Of a DNA stretch of 64,000 nucleotides, positions 56,429-64,000 are shown piece after piece. The translations under genes were made by a program, and so were the position numbers. Location: contig JAZAMN010000031.1 of NCBI GenBank assembly GCA_036229005.1, positions 160,001 through 224,000 on the forward strand, given 5' to 3'. Origin of the DNA: Myxococcota bacterium (GTDB lineage Bacteria; Myxococcota_A; UBA796; CAJQPC01). The notes under the pieces are model-generated. The model did no database searches. It saw only the letters and a list, made by a program, of their open reading frames with translations, and had not been told where the DNA came from. Every line of letters begins with the position of its first letter. Positions within the stretch are counted from its first letter, which is position 1.

Positions 56429-57373
56429 TCACTCGACCCGCCCGCAGGTGCTGGGCAGCGCCGACAAGTCCCCGTCGAAGGGGGAGGACTCGCCGAACTG
56501 GTGCCCGTTGATCCAGTCGATGACCGACGCCCACTCGGGCTGGGTGATGGTGTGCCCCTGATCGTGATCACAGCGGACCGTCAGGTGTCCGTCGGCGGCC
56601 AGCTCCTGCTCCAGCACGTCGGTCCCCGCGTCAAAGTCCACCAGCGCAAAGCTCGGGCTGGGCCAGGCGTCGTTCTCCCCGCCCGCCCACAGCAGCGCCG
56701 GCATCTGCCAGGCCGGGGTCTCGTAGGCCGCCACGGTCGCATCGCTCAGCAGCGCCACGTCAAAGTTCGCGCCCCCTGACATCTCCACGAACGTGGACAG
56801 GCTGTCCCCGCGCTGACTGGCCACAATGGTCGTGAACAGCGCCCCACCGGAGAACCCCACCGCGCTCAGCCGCGTCATGTCCGGCGCGTGGGCCTGGTGC
56901 ACGCAGCTCCGCAGGTCGTCGAACAGCACCAGATCCGCGTCCGAGGTGCCCTCCACGTCCCACAGGAAGAAGGTCGTGTTGAACTCGGTGCGCGTCATCG
57001 ACTCCGGCAGCAGGATGATCGCGTCGTAGGCGTCCGCGACCGACTGCAGGTCCAGCGCCGAGGCCATGTACTCGGTGGGCTCGGGCGTCTCGCTCTCCCC
57101 CATCAGCCCGTGGAAGAAGAACACCACCTGCGACTCCGCGCTCACCCCCGCCGGGATGAGGGCCGTCACCGTGCGCTCCTGTCCCGAGGAGGAGAAGGTC
57201 GTGGTGCCGCTGGCCGAGAGATCCGGGCAGGCCCCATCGCTCGGCTCCGTCAGCTCGGCCAGGCCCTGGGGCCACACCGCCTCGGACTGCGTATCCGCCG
57301 TGTCATCCGCACCACTCTGGGTATCGTCGAGGTCAACCTGGGCGCCGGTGCAAGCGAACATCAACAGCAGCAT
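56429..57373 (-). CDS. Alpha/beta hydrolase lipoprotein (LpqP/PHB depolymerase-like esterase)
   Basis: MLLLMFAC; 'FFFHG', nucleophile elbow 'GFSGG', 'GGEND', 'GH'. Confidence 0.82.
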   Translation of the reverse strand: MLLLMFACTGAQVDLDDTQSGADDTADTQSEAVWPQGLAELTEPSDGACPDLSASGTTTFSSSGQERTVTALIPAGVSAESQVVFFFHGLMGESETPEPTEYMASALDLQSVADAYDAIILLPESMTRTEFNTTFFLWDVEGTSDADLVLFDDLRSCVHQAHAPDMTRLSAVGFSGGALFTTIVASQRGDSLSTFVEMSGGANFDVALLSDATVAAYETPAWQMPALLWAGGENDAWPSPSFALVDFDAGTDVLEQELAADGHLTVRCDHDQGHTITQPEWASVIDWINGHQFGESSPFDGDLSALPSTCGRVE

Positions 57374-57420
57374 GGGGCTCTCCGTCTGGAGCGCACACGC
57401 TACTTGATGCGGCCGGCCTG

Positions 57421-58386
57421 TCAACGGGGAGGCAGCGACTCCCACTCCTGCAGGCGCATGTCCACCGCCTCCAGCTTCTCCGGCCAGTGCTCCCCCAGCC
57501 CCGCCTCGACGTAGCGCGCCCGGGCCTCGCGCAGCAGCACCAGGGCCTGCTCGGTGTCGCCCTCGGCGGCGGTCAGCTCGGCCAGGTCCTCCAGGGGGTA
57601 GCCCACCCACTCGGCGTTCTGGGGCGTAGGCTCGGCCAGGTAGCGGTCCTGAGCGCGCTCCAGCACGGCCTCCAGGTGAGTGCGCGCTGCCGGCTCCCCC
57701 ACGAGGCGCTCCGCGTGGGCCACAGCCCAGTCCGCGATCAGCAGTCCCAGGGGGTCCTCCAGCTCCGCGCGGTGGTCCCGGGCGATCCGGTAGGCCGTCA
57801 GCGCCTGGTCGGGATCCCCGGCCTCTTCGTGCGCGGCGCCCAGGTTGTTGTAGAGCACCGCGAGCCAGGCCACCGAGCCCGCCGCCTCCGCCGCCGCGAT
57901 GCCCTTCTCGGCCCAGTCGATCTGCTGCTCTCCGGGCGCCACGATGGCCGCGTGGTGCGCCATGTCGATGGCCCGCAGGGGCAGCTCCCGCTCCAGCGCG
58001 TAGACGTAGGCCTCCGAGAAGGTCTGCAGGGCCTGCTCCGGCTCCCCCGCCTCCCGCTGGTAGATGCCCAGCACTCCCTGGGTGCGCGTCCAGCCCAGAG
58101 GCTCGCTCTCGCTGGCCAGGGCCAAGGCCTGATCCAGGTAGGGCTGACCGGCCTCCAGGCCCCCGGCGGTCAGGGAGTGGCAGCGAGCCGTCTGGGCCAG
58201 CGCCTCCACCTTGACCTGGTCGGGGAGGTCTTCGTCCGCCACGAGGGCCTCGTACTGCACCAACGCGCCCGAGTAGTCCCGGGACGAGAAGGTCTCATCG
58301 GCGCTGGCGAGGCGCTCCTGGGGCGTGGGGGGGACCGGGATGATCAGACCCGGGCGGGTCGCGCAGGCGAGCAGGGTGAACAGCAT
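57421..58386 (-). CDS. Tetratricopeptide repeat lipoprotein
   Basis: MLFTLLAC; TPR patterns 'LYNNLGAAHEEAGDPDQAL', 'AIDMAHHAAIVA'. Confidence 0.82.
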   Translation of the reverse strand: MLFTLLACATRPGLIIPVPPTPQERLASADETFSSRDYSGALVQYEALVADEDLPDQVKVEALAQTARCHSLTAGGLEAGQPYLDQALALASESEPLGWTRTQGVLGIYQREAGEPEQALQTFSEAYVYALERELPLRAIDMAHHAAIVAPGEQQIDWAEKGIAAAEAAGSVAWLAVLYNNLGAAHEEAGDPDQALTAYRIARDHRAELEDPLGLLIADWAVAHAERLVGEPAARTHLEAVLERAQDRYLAEPTPQNAEWVGYPLEDLAELTAAEGDTEQALVLLREARARYVEAGLGEHWPEKLEAVDMRLQEWESLPPR

Positions 58387-58407
58387 GCCCCTGCCCTATC
58401 GCGTCGC

Positions 58408-59829
58408 TCAGCCCTCCGTCAGGCGCCTGGGCTGTGCCAGGGCAGCCAAGGCGGCGTGGTGCCCCCCGAGGCCGTGAACCCCGCCGCCGGGCGGCGTGCT
58501 GGCGGAGCACAGGAACACGTCGGGGTTGGGCGTGGTCCAGGGCGCGAAACGGGCCACCGGCCGGGTGAAGAGCTGGTCCAGGGTGTTGGCCCCGCCGTTG
58601 ATGTCCCCGCCCACGTAGTTGGGGTTGTAGGCCTCGAAGTCCGCGTTGTTCATGCAGTGCTGCGCCCGGACGCAGTCCCGGAAGCCGGGCGCGTGGGCCT
58701 CGATGGCGGCCGTGATGACCTCGCTTTGGTCCCGGGTGCTCCCGTTTGGGGTGTGCACATAGGCCCAGGCGATGTGCCCCCCCTCTGGCGCCCTCCCCGG
58801 ATCGAACTGCGTAGGCTGCGTCAGGAGCACAAAGGGCCGCTCGGGGTGCTCTCCCCGCCACACGGCCGCCTCGCTCGCGCTCAGGGCCTCCAGATCGCCC
58901 CCAAGGTGCACCGTCCCGCAGCGAGAGAGCCGCGCGTCCGTCCAGGGGATGGGGCTGCTCAGCGCGTAGTCCACCTTGAACACCCCGGGCCCCCGCTTGA
59001 AGCGGCTGAGCGCCCGCAGGTAGCCGCTGGGGAGCGCGTCCCGGGCGATGCTGGCGAGCGCTCGGGGGCTCGTGTTGAAGAACACCTGCCGCGCCTGCAC
59101 CTGCCCGATGTGGGTGATCTCGCTGTTGAGCTCGATGCGCCCGCCCAGCGACTCCAGGTAGCTGGCCATGGCCGCTGTGATGGCCCCCGCGCCCCCTCTG
59201 GGCATGGGAAAGGACACCGCGTGCGCGGCCAGGTGGAGCATGAGGCCGATGGCCGCCGAGGGGGGTTGGCTCAACGGCAGACAACTGTGGCACGCGTGCC
59301 CTGCAAAGAGGGCTCGAGCCCGCCGCGAGGAGAACAGCAGCCCCGCCAGGGTCGTGCTCGGCAGCAGCGCCCGCATCCCGAAGCGCGCCATCAGCACCGG
59401 CGAATCCGGGATGCCCAGGGGCGCGGTCCCGTCCTGCAGCAGCTCGGCGTAGCGCTCCACGAAGGGTTCCAACGCGCGGACGTAGCCGGGATCGCAGACC
59501 TCTTGGGCGGTGGCGTGCAGGTCGTGGTGCTGGATGATCGCGCGCTCACCTGGGTCCAGGGCGTGCCCCACCGGGTGCTCGGGGCGGATCCACTCCAGGC
59601 CGTGCTCACGCAGCGGCAGCGTGTTGAAGAAGGCCCCCGCCGCGGCCATGGGGTGGGCCGCCGAGCACACGTCGTGCAGGTAGCCGGGCAGGGTCAGCTC
59701 GGCGCTGCGCGCGCTCCCGCCCACCGAGTCCGAGCGCTCATGGACCACCACGCTGCGGCCGGCCCGCGCCAGGGTGATGGCGGCGGCCAGCCCGTTGGGC
59801 CCGGACCCGATGACGGCGGCGTCGAACAT
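58408..59829 (-). CDS. Phytoene desaturase-related FAD-dependent oxidoreductase (COG1233)
   Basis: 'IGSGPNGLAAA', 'HDVCSAAHP', 'NPNYVGGDI', 'STPPGGGVHG'. Confidence 0.92.
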   Translation of the reverse strand: MFDAAVIGSGPNGLAAAITLARAGRSVVVHERSDSVGGSARSAELTLPGYLHDVCSAAHPMAAAGAFFNTLPLREHGLEWIRPEHPVGHALDPGERAIIQHHDLHATAQEVCDPGYVRALEPFVERYAELLQDGTAPLGIPDSPVLMARFGMRALLPSTTLAGLLFSSRRARALFAGHACHSCLPLSQPPSAAIGLMLHLAAHAVSFPMPRGGAGAITAAMASYLESLGGRIELNSEITHIGQVQARQVFFNTSPRALASIARDALPSGYLRALSRFKRGPGVFKVDYALSSPIPWTDARLSRCGTVHLGGDLEALSASEAAVWRGEHPERPFVLLTQPTQFDPGRAPEGGHIAWAYVHTPNGSTRDQSEVITAAIEAHAPGFRDCVRAQHCMNNADFEAYNPNYVGGDINGGANTLDQLFTRPVARFAPWTTPNPDVFLCSASTPPGGGVHGLGGHHAALAALAQPRRLTEG

Positions 59830-59865
59830 GCCCGCCCCCTAACCCCGCGCCGGATAGAGGAGCCC

Positions 59866-59976
59866 ATGGGCACCGTCTACATCTTCCTGGTCGCCGGACT
59901 CCTGGCCGCCTCGGCCATCGTGGTCGCTGGGGTCGTGCTGGTCGTGCGCACCCACGATGAGGACCAGGACGACTGA
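59866..59976 (+). CDS. 36-aa single-TM small protein
   Basis: GAGGAG RBS; MGTVYIFLVAGLLAASAIVVAGVVLVVRTHDEDQDD; intergenic position. Confidence 0.6.
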   Translation: MGTVYIFLVAGLLAASAIVVAGVVLVVRTHDEDQDD

Positions 59977-60039
59977 CTGGGATCAGAGTCCTGGGCCCAG
60001 CTCCATCCGCCAGAGGGTGTCGGCGGCGACCCAGTTGAG

Positions 60040-61290
60040 CTAGGCTTGGGTGTCGTCGTGGGAGATTGCGGCGCGGCTGCGAAGGAACACATCTGCTTCT
60101 TTGAGTTCAACGACAATGGGCTCCAGCTCTACCCCGGCCAATACCGACGCATTGTGCACAATGAGCGCGTCCCCAGTGGGCGGAATCTGAAGGACGAGGC
60201 CCGCACCGAAGGGGCTGCATTGCAGATCACCTCCGGTTTCGCTGAGCCGCACCTCGCTGTCTCCCCTGGTCAGGAATGTCCCGCTGCTTGTAGTCCAGGC
60301 GATCGTGTCCTCAAGCAGGCAGAGCGAATCCGGAGCTCCTGAGAGAGGAACCTCTTGGGATGGCGTCTCACCGTGGAGGATCTCCGACTCGGTGTGGATT
60401 GACACCACATTCCCTTCTGCTACCCCGAGGTGGGGGTTGCGTCCGTCGAAGAGCCCCACTCCCCCAACGCCTGCGCGGCCGGTCACTGGTATCCCCTCGG
60501 GTCCCAAGTCGGGGTCGAGGCAGACCACATGGTCAAGATGCCCGCAGAGGGTCTCTCCCACTACATAGACCGGCCCCTCCTTCATGTTCGCGTCGCACGC
60601 CCATTCGGTTGGATTCAGCAGTCCCACTCCATCAGCGTCAAAGAGACACATCCCTTCCCCCTCACGCTTCCCGAAGGCGACAACCTCATCCGCTGCCACT
60701 AGTTCGACCAACATCGCAAAGTGCTCCGGGAAGGCCTCGACCCTCATTGTGAGGTCCGTCCCAACAAGCCGATAGGCGGCGTGCTCCACCACCAGAAGTT
60801 CACCAAGCCCCTCCCCCCACGCAATCCCCTGAACTGGATCAGTAGGCACTGTGGCAGCCTCGGAGAGCGGGTCCCAACAAGAGCCAGCCGAGCCATCACA
60901 GTCATCGTCCAGCCCATTCCCGCAGACCTCCTCCTGCCCGGGCCTGACCTGCGGCCTTGAATCGTCACAGTCCCCTCCCTGATCCGTGTAGCCATCAGGC
61001 TCACTGCAGGCCCCCAGGGTCTCCGAGTCGTCCCCAAAGCCGTCACTGTCACCGTCCAGGAACCAGATCGGAGCATCGGGCACGCCCTCGTCAACCACCC
61101 CGTCGCAGTCGTTGTCCAGACCGTCGCAGAGCTCCTCGAAGCCAGCCCCTACCAAGGGGTCGCTGTCATCGCAGTCCTGCCCCTCATAGAGCGCTGCAGC
61201 CTGTCCATCGTCGTCCCCATCCTGCGCGTCCAAGAGCAGCGACCGGTACTCGGCCGGAGTGGTCAGGCAGGCCACCAGAAAGAAAAGCAT
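60040..61290 (-). CDS. Lipoprotein with MopE-like repeats and an atypical lower-GC C-terminal domain
   Basis: GGAGGAGG RBS; MLFFLVAC; two Cys/Asp repeats; C-terminal region lacks FG-GAP motifs. Confidence 0.8.
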   Translation of the reverse strand: MLFFLVACLTTPAEYRSLLLDAQDGDDDGQAAALYEGQDCDDSDPLVGAGFEELCDGLDNDCDGVVDEGVPDAPIWFLDGDSDGFGDDSETLGACSEPDGYTDQGGDCDDSRPQVRPGQEEVCGNGLDDDCDGSAGSCWDPLSEAATVPTDPVQGIAWGEGLGELLVVEHAAYRLVGTDLTMRVEAFPEHFAMLVELVAADEVVAFGKREGEGMCLFDADGVGLLNPTEWACDANMKEGPVYVVGETLCGHLDHVVCLDPDLGPEGIPVTGRAGVGGVGLFDGRNPHLGVAEGNVVSIHTESEILHGETPSQEVPLSGAPDSLCLLEDTIAWTTSSGTFLTRGDSEVRLSETGGDLQCSPFGAGLVLQIPPTGDALIVHNASVLAGVELEPIVVELKEADVFLRSRAAISHDDTQA

Positions 61291-61411
61291 CGCGTCCTCC
61301 TCCCAGAGCCTACCGCAAGCCGTCCGTCAGAGGGATGTCAGGACATGGGTCGCATTCTGCGAGCACAGCCGACATAATGACCGCCCGACACCTCTCTGCC
61401 TTGGAGGCCCC

Positions 61412-63736
61412 ATGCGCTTGTCACTCCTGCTCGCCCTTGCCGCGACGCTCACCGCCTGCAACAAGGACCCGGATCTGGACGAGGACGGCTTCCCCGCCTC
61501 CGTGGACTGCGACGATGAGGACGCCTCCATCCACCCCGACGCGGAAGAGGTCTGCGACGGCATCGACAACAACTGCGATGCCATCACCGACGTCGACGCC
61601 ACGGACGTGGTCACCTGGTACGGCGACTCCGACGGCGACGGCTTCGGCGGCGACGCCATCACCCTCGAGGCCTGCGAGGCCCCCACCGGCTTCCTGGCCG
61701 ACAACAGCGACTGCGACGACAACGACGCCTCCGTGAGCCCTGACGGCTTGGAGATCTGCGACGGCGTCGACAACGACTGCGACGGTCTCACCGACGCCGA
61801 CGACGACAGCGTCGACCTGAGCACCGCGACCGACTGGTACCCCGACGGGGACGGCGACGGCTACGGCGTGGACACTGACGCGGTCCAGTCCTGCAGCGCC
61901 CCCGACAGCTCCTACGTCCTGGAGGGCGGCGACTGCGACGACAGCGACGCAGCCCTGAGCCCCGCCACGGTCTGGTACGCCGACCTGGACAGCGACGGCT
62001 TCGGCGCCACCAACTTCACGACCGTCCAGTGCGAGCAGCCCGACGAGTACGCTGCCGCGTCCGGTGACTGTGACGACTTCAACCCCAACATCAACCCGGA
62101 CGCCCAGGAGGTGTGCGACGGCGGCACCGACAACGACTGCGATGGGTTGACTGACGACGCCGACGATAGCCTCGACCTCACCACCCGGACCTTCTGGTAC
62201 GCCGACACCGACAGCGACGGATACGGCGACAGCGAGGCCACCGGGGCCGAGTACTGCACGGGCCCCAGCGGCACCGCCGACAACAACGAGGACTGCGACG
62301 ACACCCTCGGTGAGGTCAGCCCCGCAGAGACCGAGGTCTGCAACGACGGACTGGATAACGACTGCAGTGGGGATGCCCCTGAGTGTGGTCTGGGCGCCCT
62401 GCTGGCGCGCTCGGACGCCGACGTCGAGTTCTCCGGGACCAACTCGTCCGACTACCTGGGTTACTACTCCGTCGAGCTCAAGGACGTGAACGGCGACGGC
62501 TACGACGACCTGATCACGGGTGCCTACGGCGACGACAGCAACGCCTCCGCGGCGGGCGCGGCCTACGTGTTCTACGGCCCCCTGACCACGGACACCAGCG
62601 CCAGCTCAGCCGACTGGAGCGTCTACGGGTCCAACAGCTCCGACTACCTGGGCCGCCGCGTCAGCAGCGCCGGCGACCTGGACGGGGACGGCTACGACGA
62701 GATCATCGTGGGCGCCTACGGCTCCGATCAGAACGCCAGCAGCGGCGGCTCAGCCTACCTCTACTACGGCGGCGCCACAGCCATCAGCACGACTGTGGGC
62801 GCGAGCTTCCACGGCGAGAACTCCTACGACTACCTCGGCCATGACGTCGCCGGGATGGGAGACCTGGACGGGGATGGCTACGACGACTTCGGCGTAGGCG
62901 GCTACGGCATCGACGAGGCCTCCTCCACCGGCGGCGGCGCCTACCTCTACTTCGGCGTTCCCTCCGGCACGGTGGAGCTCGACAGCGCCGACTACGTCGT
63001 GTACGGCAGCGACGGCGACTACGTCGGCTACGTGAACGGCATGGCGAGCGGCGACTTCGACGGAGACGGCTCCGACGACGCAGTCTTTGGCGGCTACTAC
63101 GGCCTCGCCGACTACGGCAGCGTCGCCGTGATGTACGGCCCCCTCTCCGCCGGCACCACCACCTACACCAACAGCGCCGACGCCCAGTTCAGCGGCAGCG
63201 GCACCTACGACTATTTCGGCCGCTTCGCCCGCGCTGACGACCTCGACGGCGACGGCTACGACGACCTGGTGACCGGAGAGTACTACGGCGCCAACTCGTC
63301 GGGAAGCTCCACTGGAATGGCCTACGCCTTCTTCGGCAGCGCCTCCGGCTGGAGCTCCGCACAGTCCGCGAGCGGCGCGGACGTGACCTTTGAGGGTGAC
63401 GTCGCCTACGACTACTTCGGGCGCTCCTTCACGCTGGCCGACATCAACGGCGATGACGACGTGGACGTCGCGGTCGGCGCTGGTGGGAACGACAACGTCG
63501 CGAGCTCCTCCGGCGCGGTCTACGTCTTCAACGGCCCCTTCACCTCCGGGATGACCCTCGCGGCCGGCACCGCCGACCACACCATCCAGGGCGATTCCAG
63601 CTCCGACTACTGCGGCTACGAGGCCACGGGCGCCGGCGATGCGAACGCCGACGGCACCCCCGATCTGGTCGTGTCCTGCTACGGCGCCAACAGCTTCGCG
63701 GGCAGCCTGAACATCTTCTTCGGCGGCGGGCTCTGA
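61412..63736 (+). CDS. Surface lipoprotein with about 5 MopE-like repeats and an integrin-alpha-like FG-GAP propeller
   Basis: GGAGG RBS; LTAC; 'DVNGDGYDDLITGAY', 'GDLDGDGYDEIIVGAY' and further repeats. Confidence 0.9.
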   Translation: MRLSLLLALAATLTACNKDPDLDEDGFPASVDCDDEDASIHPDAEEVCDGIDNNCDAITDVDATDVVTWYGDSDGDGFGGDAITLEACEAPTGFLADNSDCDDNDASVSPDGLEICDGVDNDCDGLTDADDDSVDLSTATDWYPDGDGDGYGVDTDAVQSCSAPDSSYVLEGGDCDDSDAALSPATVWYADLDSDGFGATNFTTVQCEQPDEYAAASGDCDDFNPNINPDAQEVCDGGTDNDCDGLTDDADDSLDLTTRTFWYADTDSDGYGDSEATGAEYCTGPSGTADNNEDCDDTLGEVSPAETEVCNDGLDNDCSGDAPECGLGALLARSDADVEFSGTNSSDYLGYYSVELKDVNGDGYDDLITGAYGDDSNASAAGAAYVFYGPLTTDTSASSADWSVYGSNSSDYLGRRVSSAGDLDGDGYDEIIVGAYGSDQNASSGGSAYLYYGGATAISTTVGASFHGENSYDYLGHDVAGMGDLDGDGYDDFGVGGYGIDEASSTGGGAYLYFGVPSGTVELDSADYVVYGSDGDYVGYVNGMASGDFDGDGSDDAVFGGYYGLADYGSVAVMYGPLSAGTTTYTNSADAQFSGSGTYDYFGRFARADDLDGDGYDDLVTGEYYGANSSGSSTGMAYAFFGSASGWSSAQSASGADVTFEGDVAYDYFGRSFTLADINGDDDVDVAVGAGGNDNVASSSGAVYVFNGPFTSGMTLAAGTADHTIQGDSSSDYCGYEATGAGDANADGTPDLVVSCYGANSFAGSLNIFFGGGL
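61448..61627 (+). repeat. 180-bp direct repeat, copy 1 (copy 2 at 63821-64000)
   Basis: Ungapped by-eye alignment with about 12 mismatches. Confidence 0.9.
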
Positions 63737-63781
63737 CCCGTCTCCCCGCCTCCAAGAACCTTCGCCCTCTCCGGAGCGACC

Positions 63782-64000
63782 ATGCGCACCTCCATTCTCC
63801 TGATCTCCCTGGCTGCCCTCCTCACCGCCTGCAACAAGGACCCCGACCTGGACGAGGACGGGTTCCCCGCGTCCGAGGACTGCAACGACGAGGATGCCTC
63901 CATCCACCCCGACGCAGAGGAGGTCTGTGACGGCATCGACAACAACTGCGATGCCATCACCGACGTCGACGCCACGGACGTGGTGACCTGGTACGGCGAC
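63782..64000 (+). CDS. Tandem paralog of the preceding MopE-repeat lipoprotein (3' partial)
   Basis: GGAG RBS; MRTSILLISLAALLTACNKDPDLDEDGFPASEDCNDED... Confidence 0.85.
   Translation, partial: MRTSILLISLAALLTACNKDPDLDEDGFPASEDCNDEDASIHPDAEEVCDGIDNNCDAITDVDATDVVTWYGD

Noticed and set aside
58408..59829. Carotenoid biosynthesis (crtI)
   Set aside because: Belongs to the broad COG1233 group; no crtB/crtE nearby.
61480..62400. Recurring GACTGCGACGAC / GACGGCGACGGC motifs with variable intervening sequence
   Set aside because: In-frame protein repeats (DCDD, DGDG), degenerate at third positions; no cas genes and no invariant repeat.
61448..64000. Possible diversity-generating retroelement TR/VR pair
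   Set aside because: Differences are mostly synonymous and not adenine-specific, both copies are at gene 5' ends, and no reverse transcriptase is in the window.

Overview
A high-GC (roughly 70%) bacterial chromosomal window, densely coding, with about 61 genes. The gene content points to Myxococcota or a related deltaproteobacterial lineage (inference): a Ser/Thr kinase, an FHA-GGDEF cyclase, a TonB-domain-fused receptor and many Cys/Asp-rich 'putative metal-binding/MopE' repeat and FG-GAP lipoproteins. Recognisable housekeeping or metabolic genes are ppk2, glgC-glgA, map, asnS, rfbF/rfbG-like, a LOG-family gene, an ECF41 sigma factor and TetR/MarR regulators with visible candidate operators. 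I saw no rRNA, tRNA, CRISPR array, transposase or integrase. Main observations: (1) a window-wide class of ultra-short lipoprotein-like signal peptides with no basic n-region (Cys at position 8-14); (2) a mirror-symmetric divergent module GT-C <- DDG..AGDG protein | DDG..AGDG protein -> GT-C whose two start codons overlap in one CCATGG; (3) a GTPase-less CobW/COG0523 remnant abutting map; (4) a family of stalk-plus-head surface lipoproteins, one with a swapped lower-GC head and one recently duplicated; (5) a candidate Zur-box metal-uptake operon; (6) a DgcB-like FHA-GGDEF with the EKT tail; (7) an orphan Imm51 gene; (8) a CASTOR/POLLUX-like channel. All family calls come from motif recognition by eye, not database searches.
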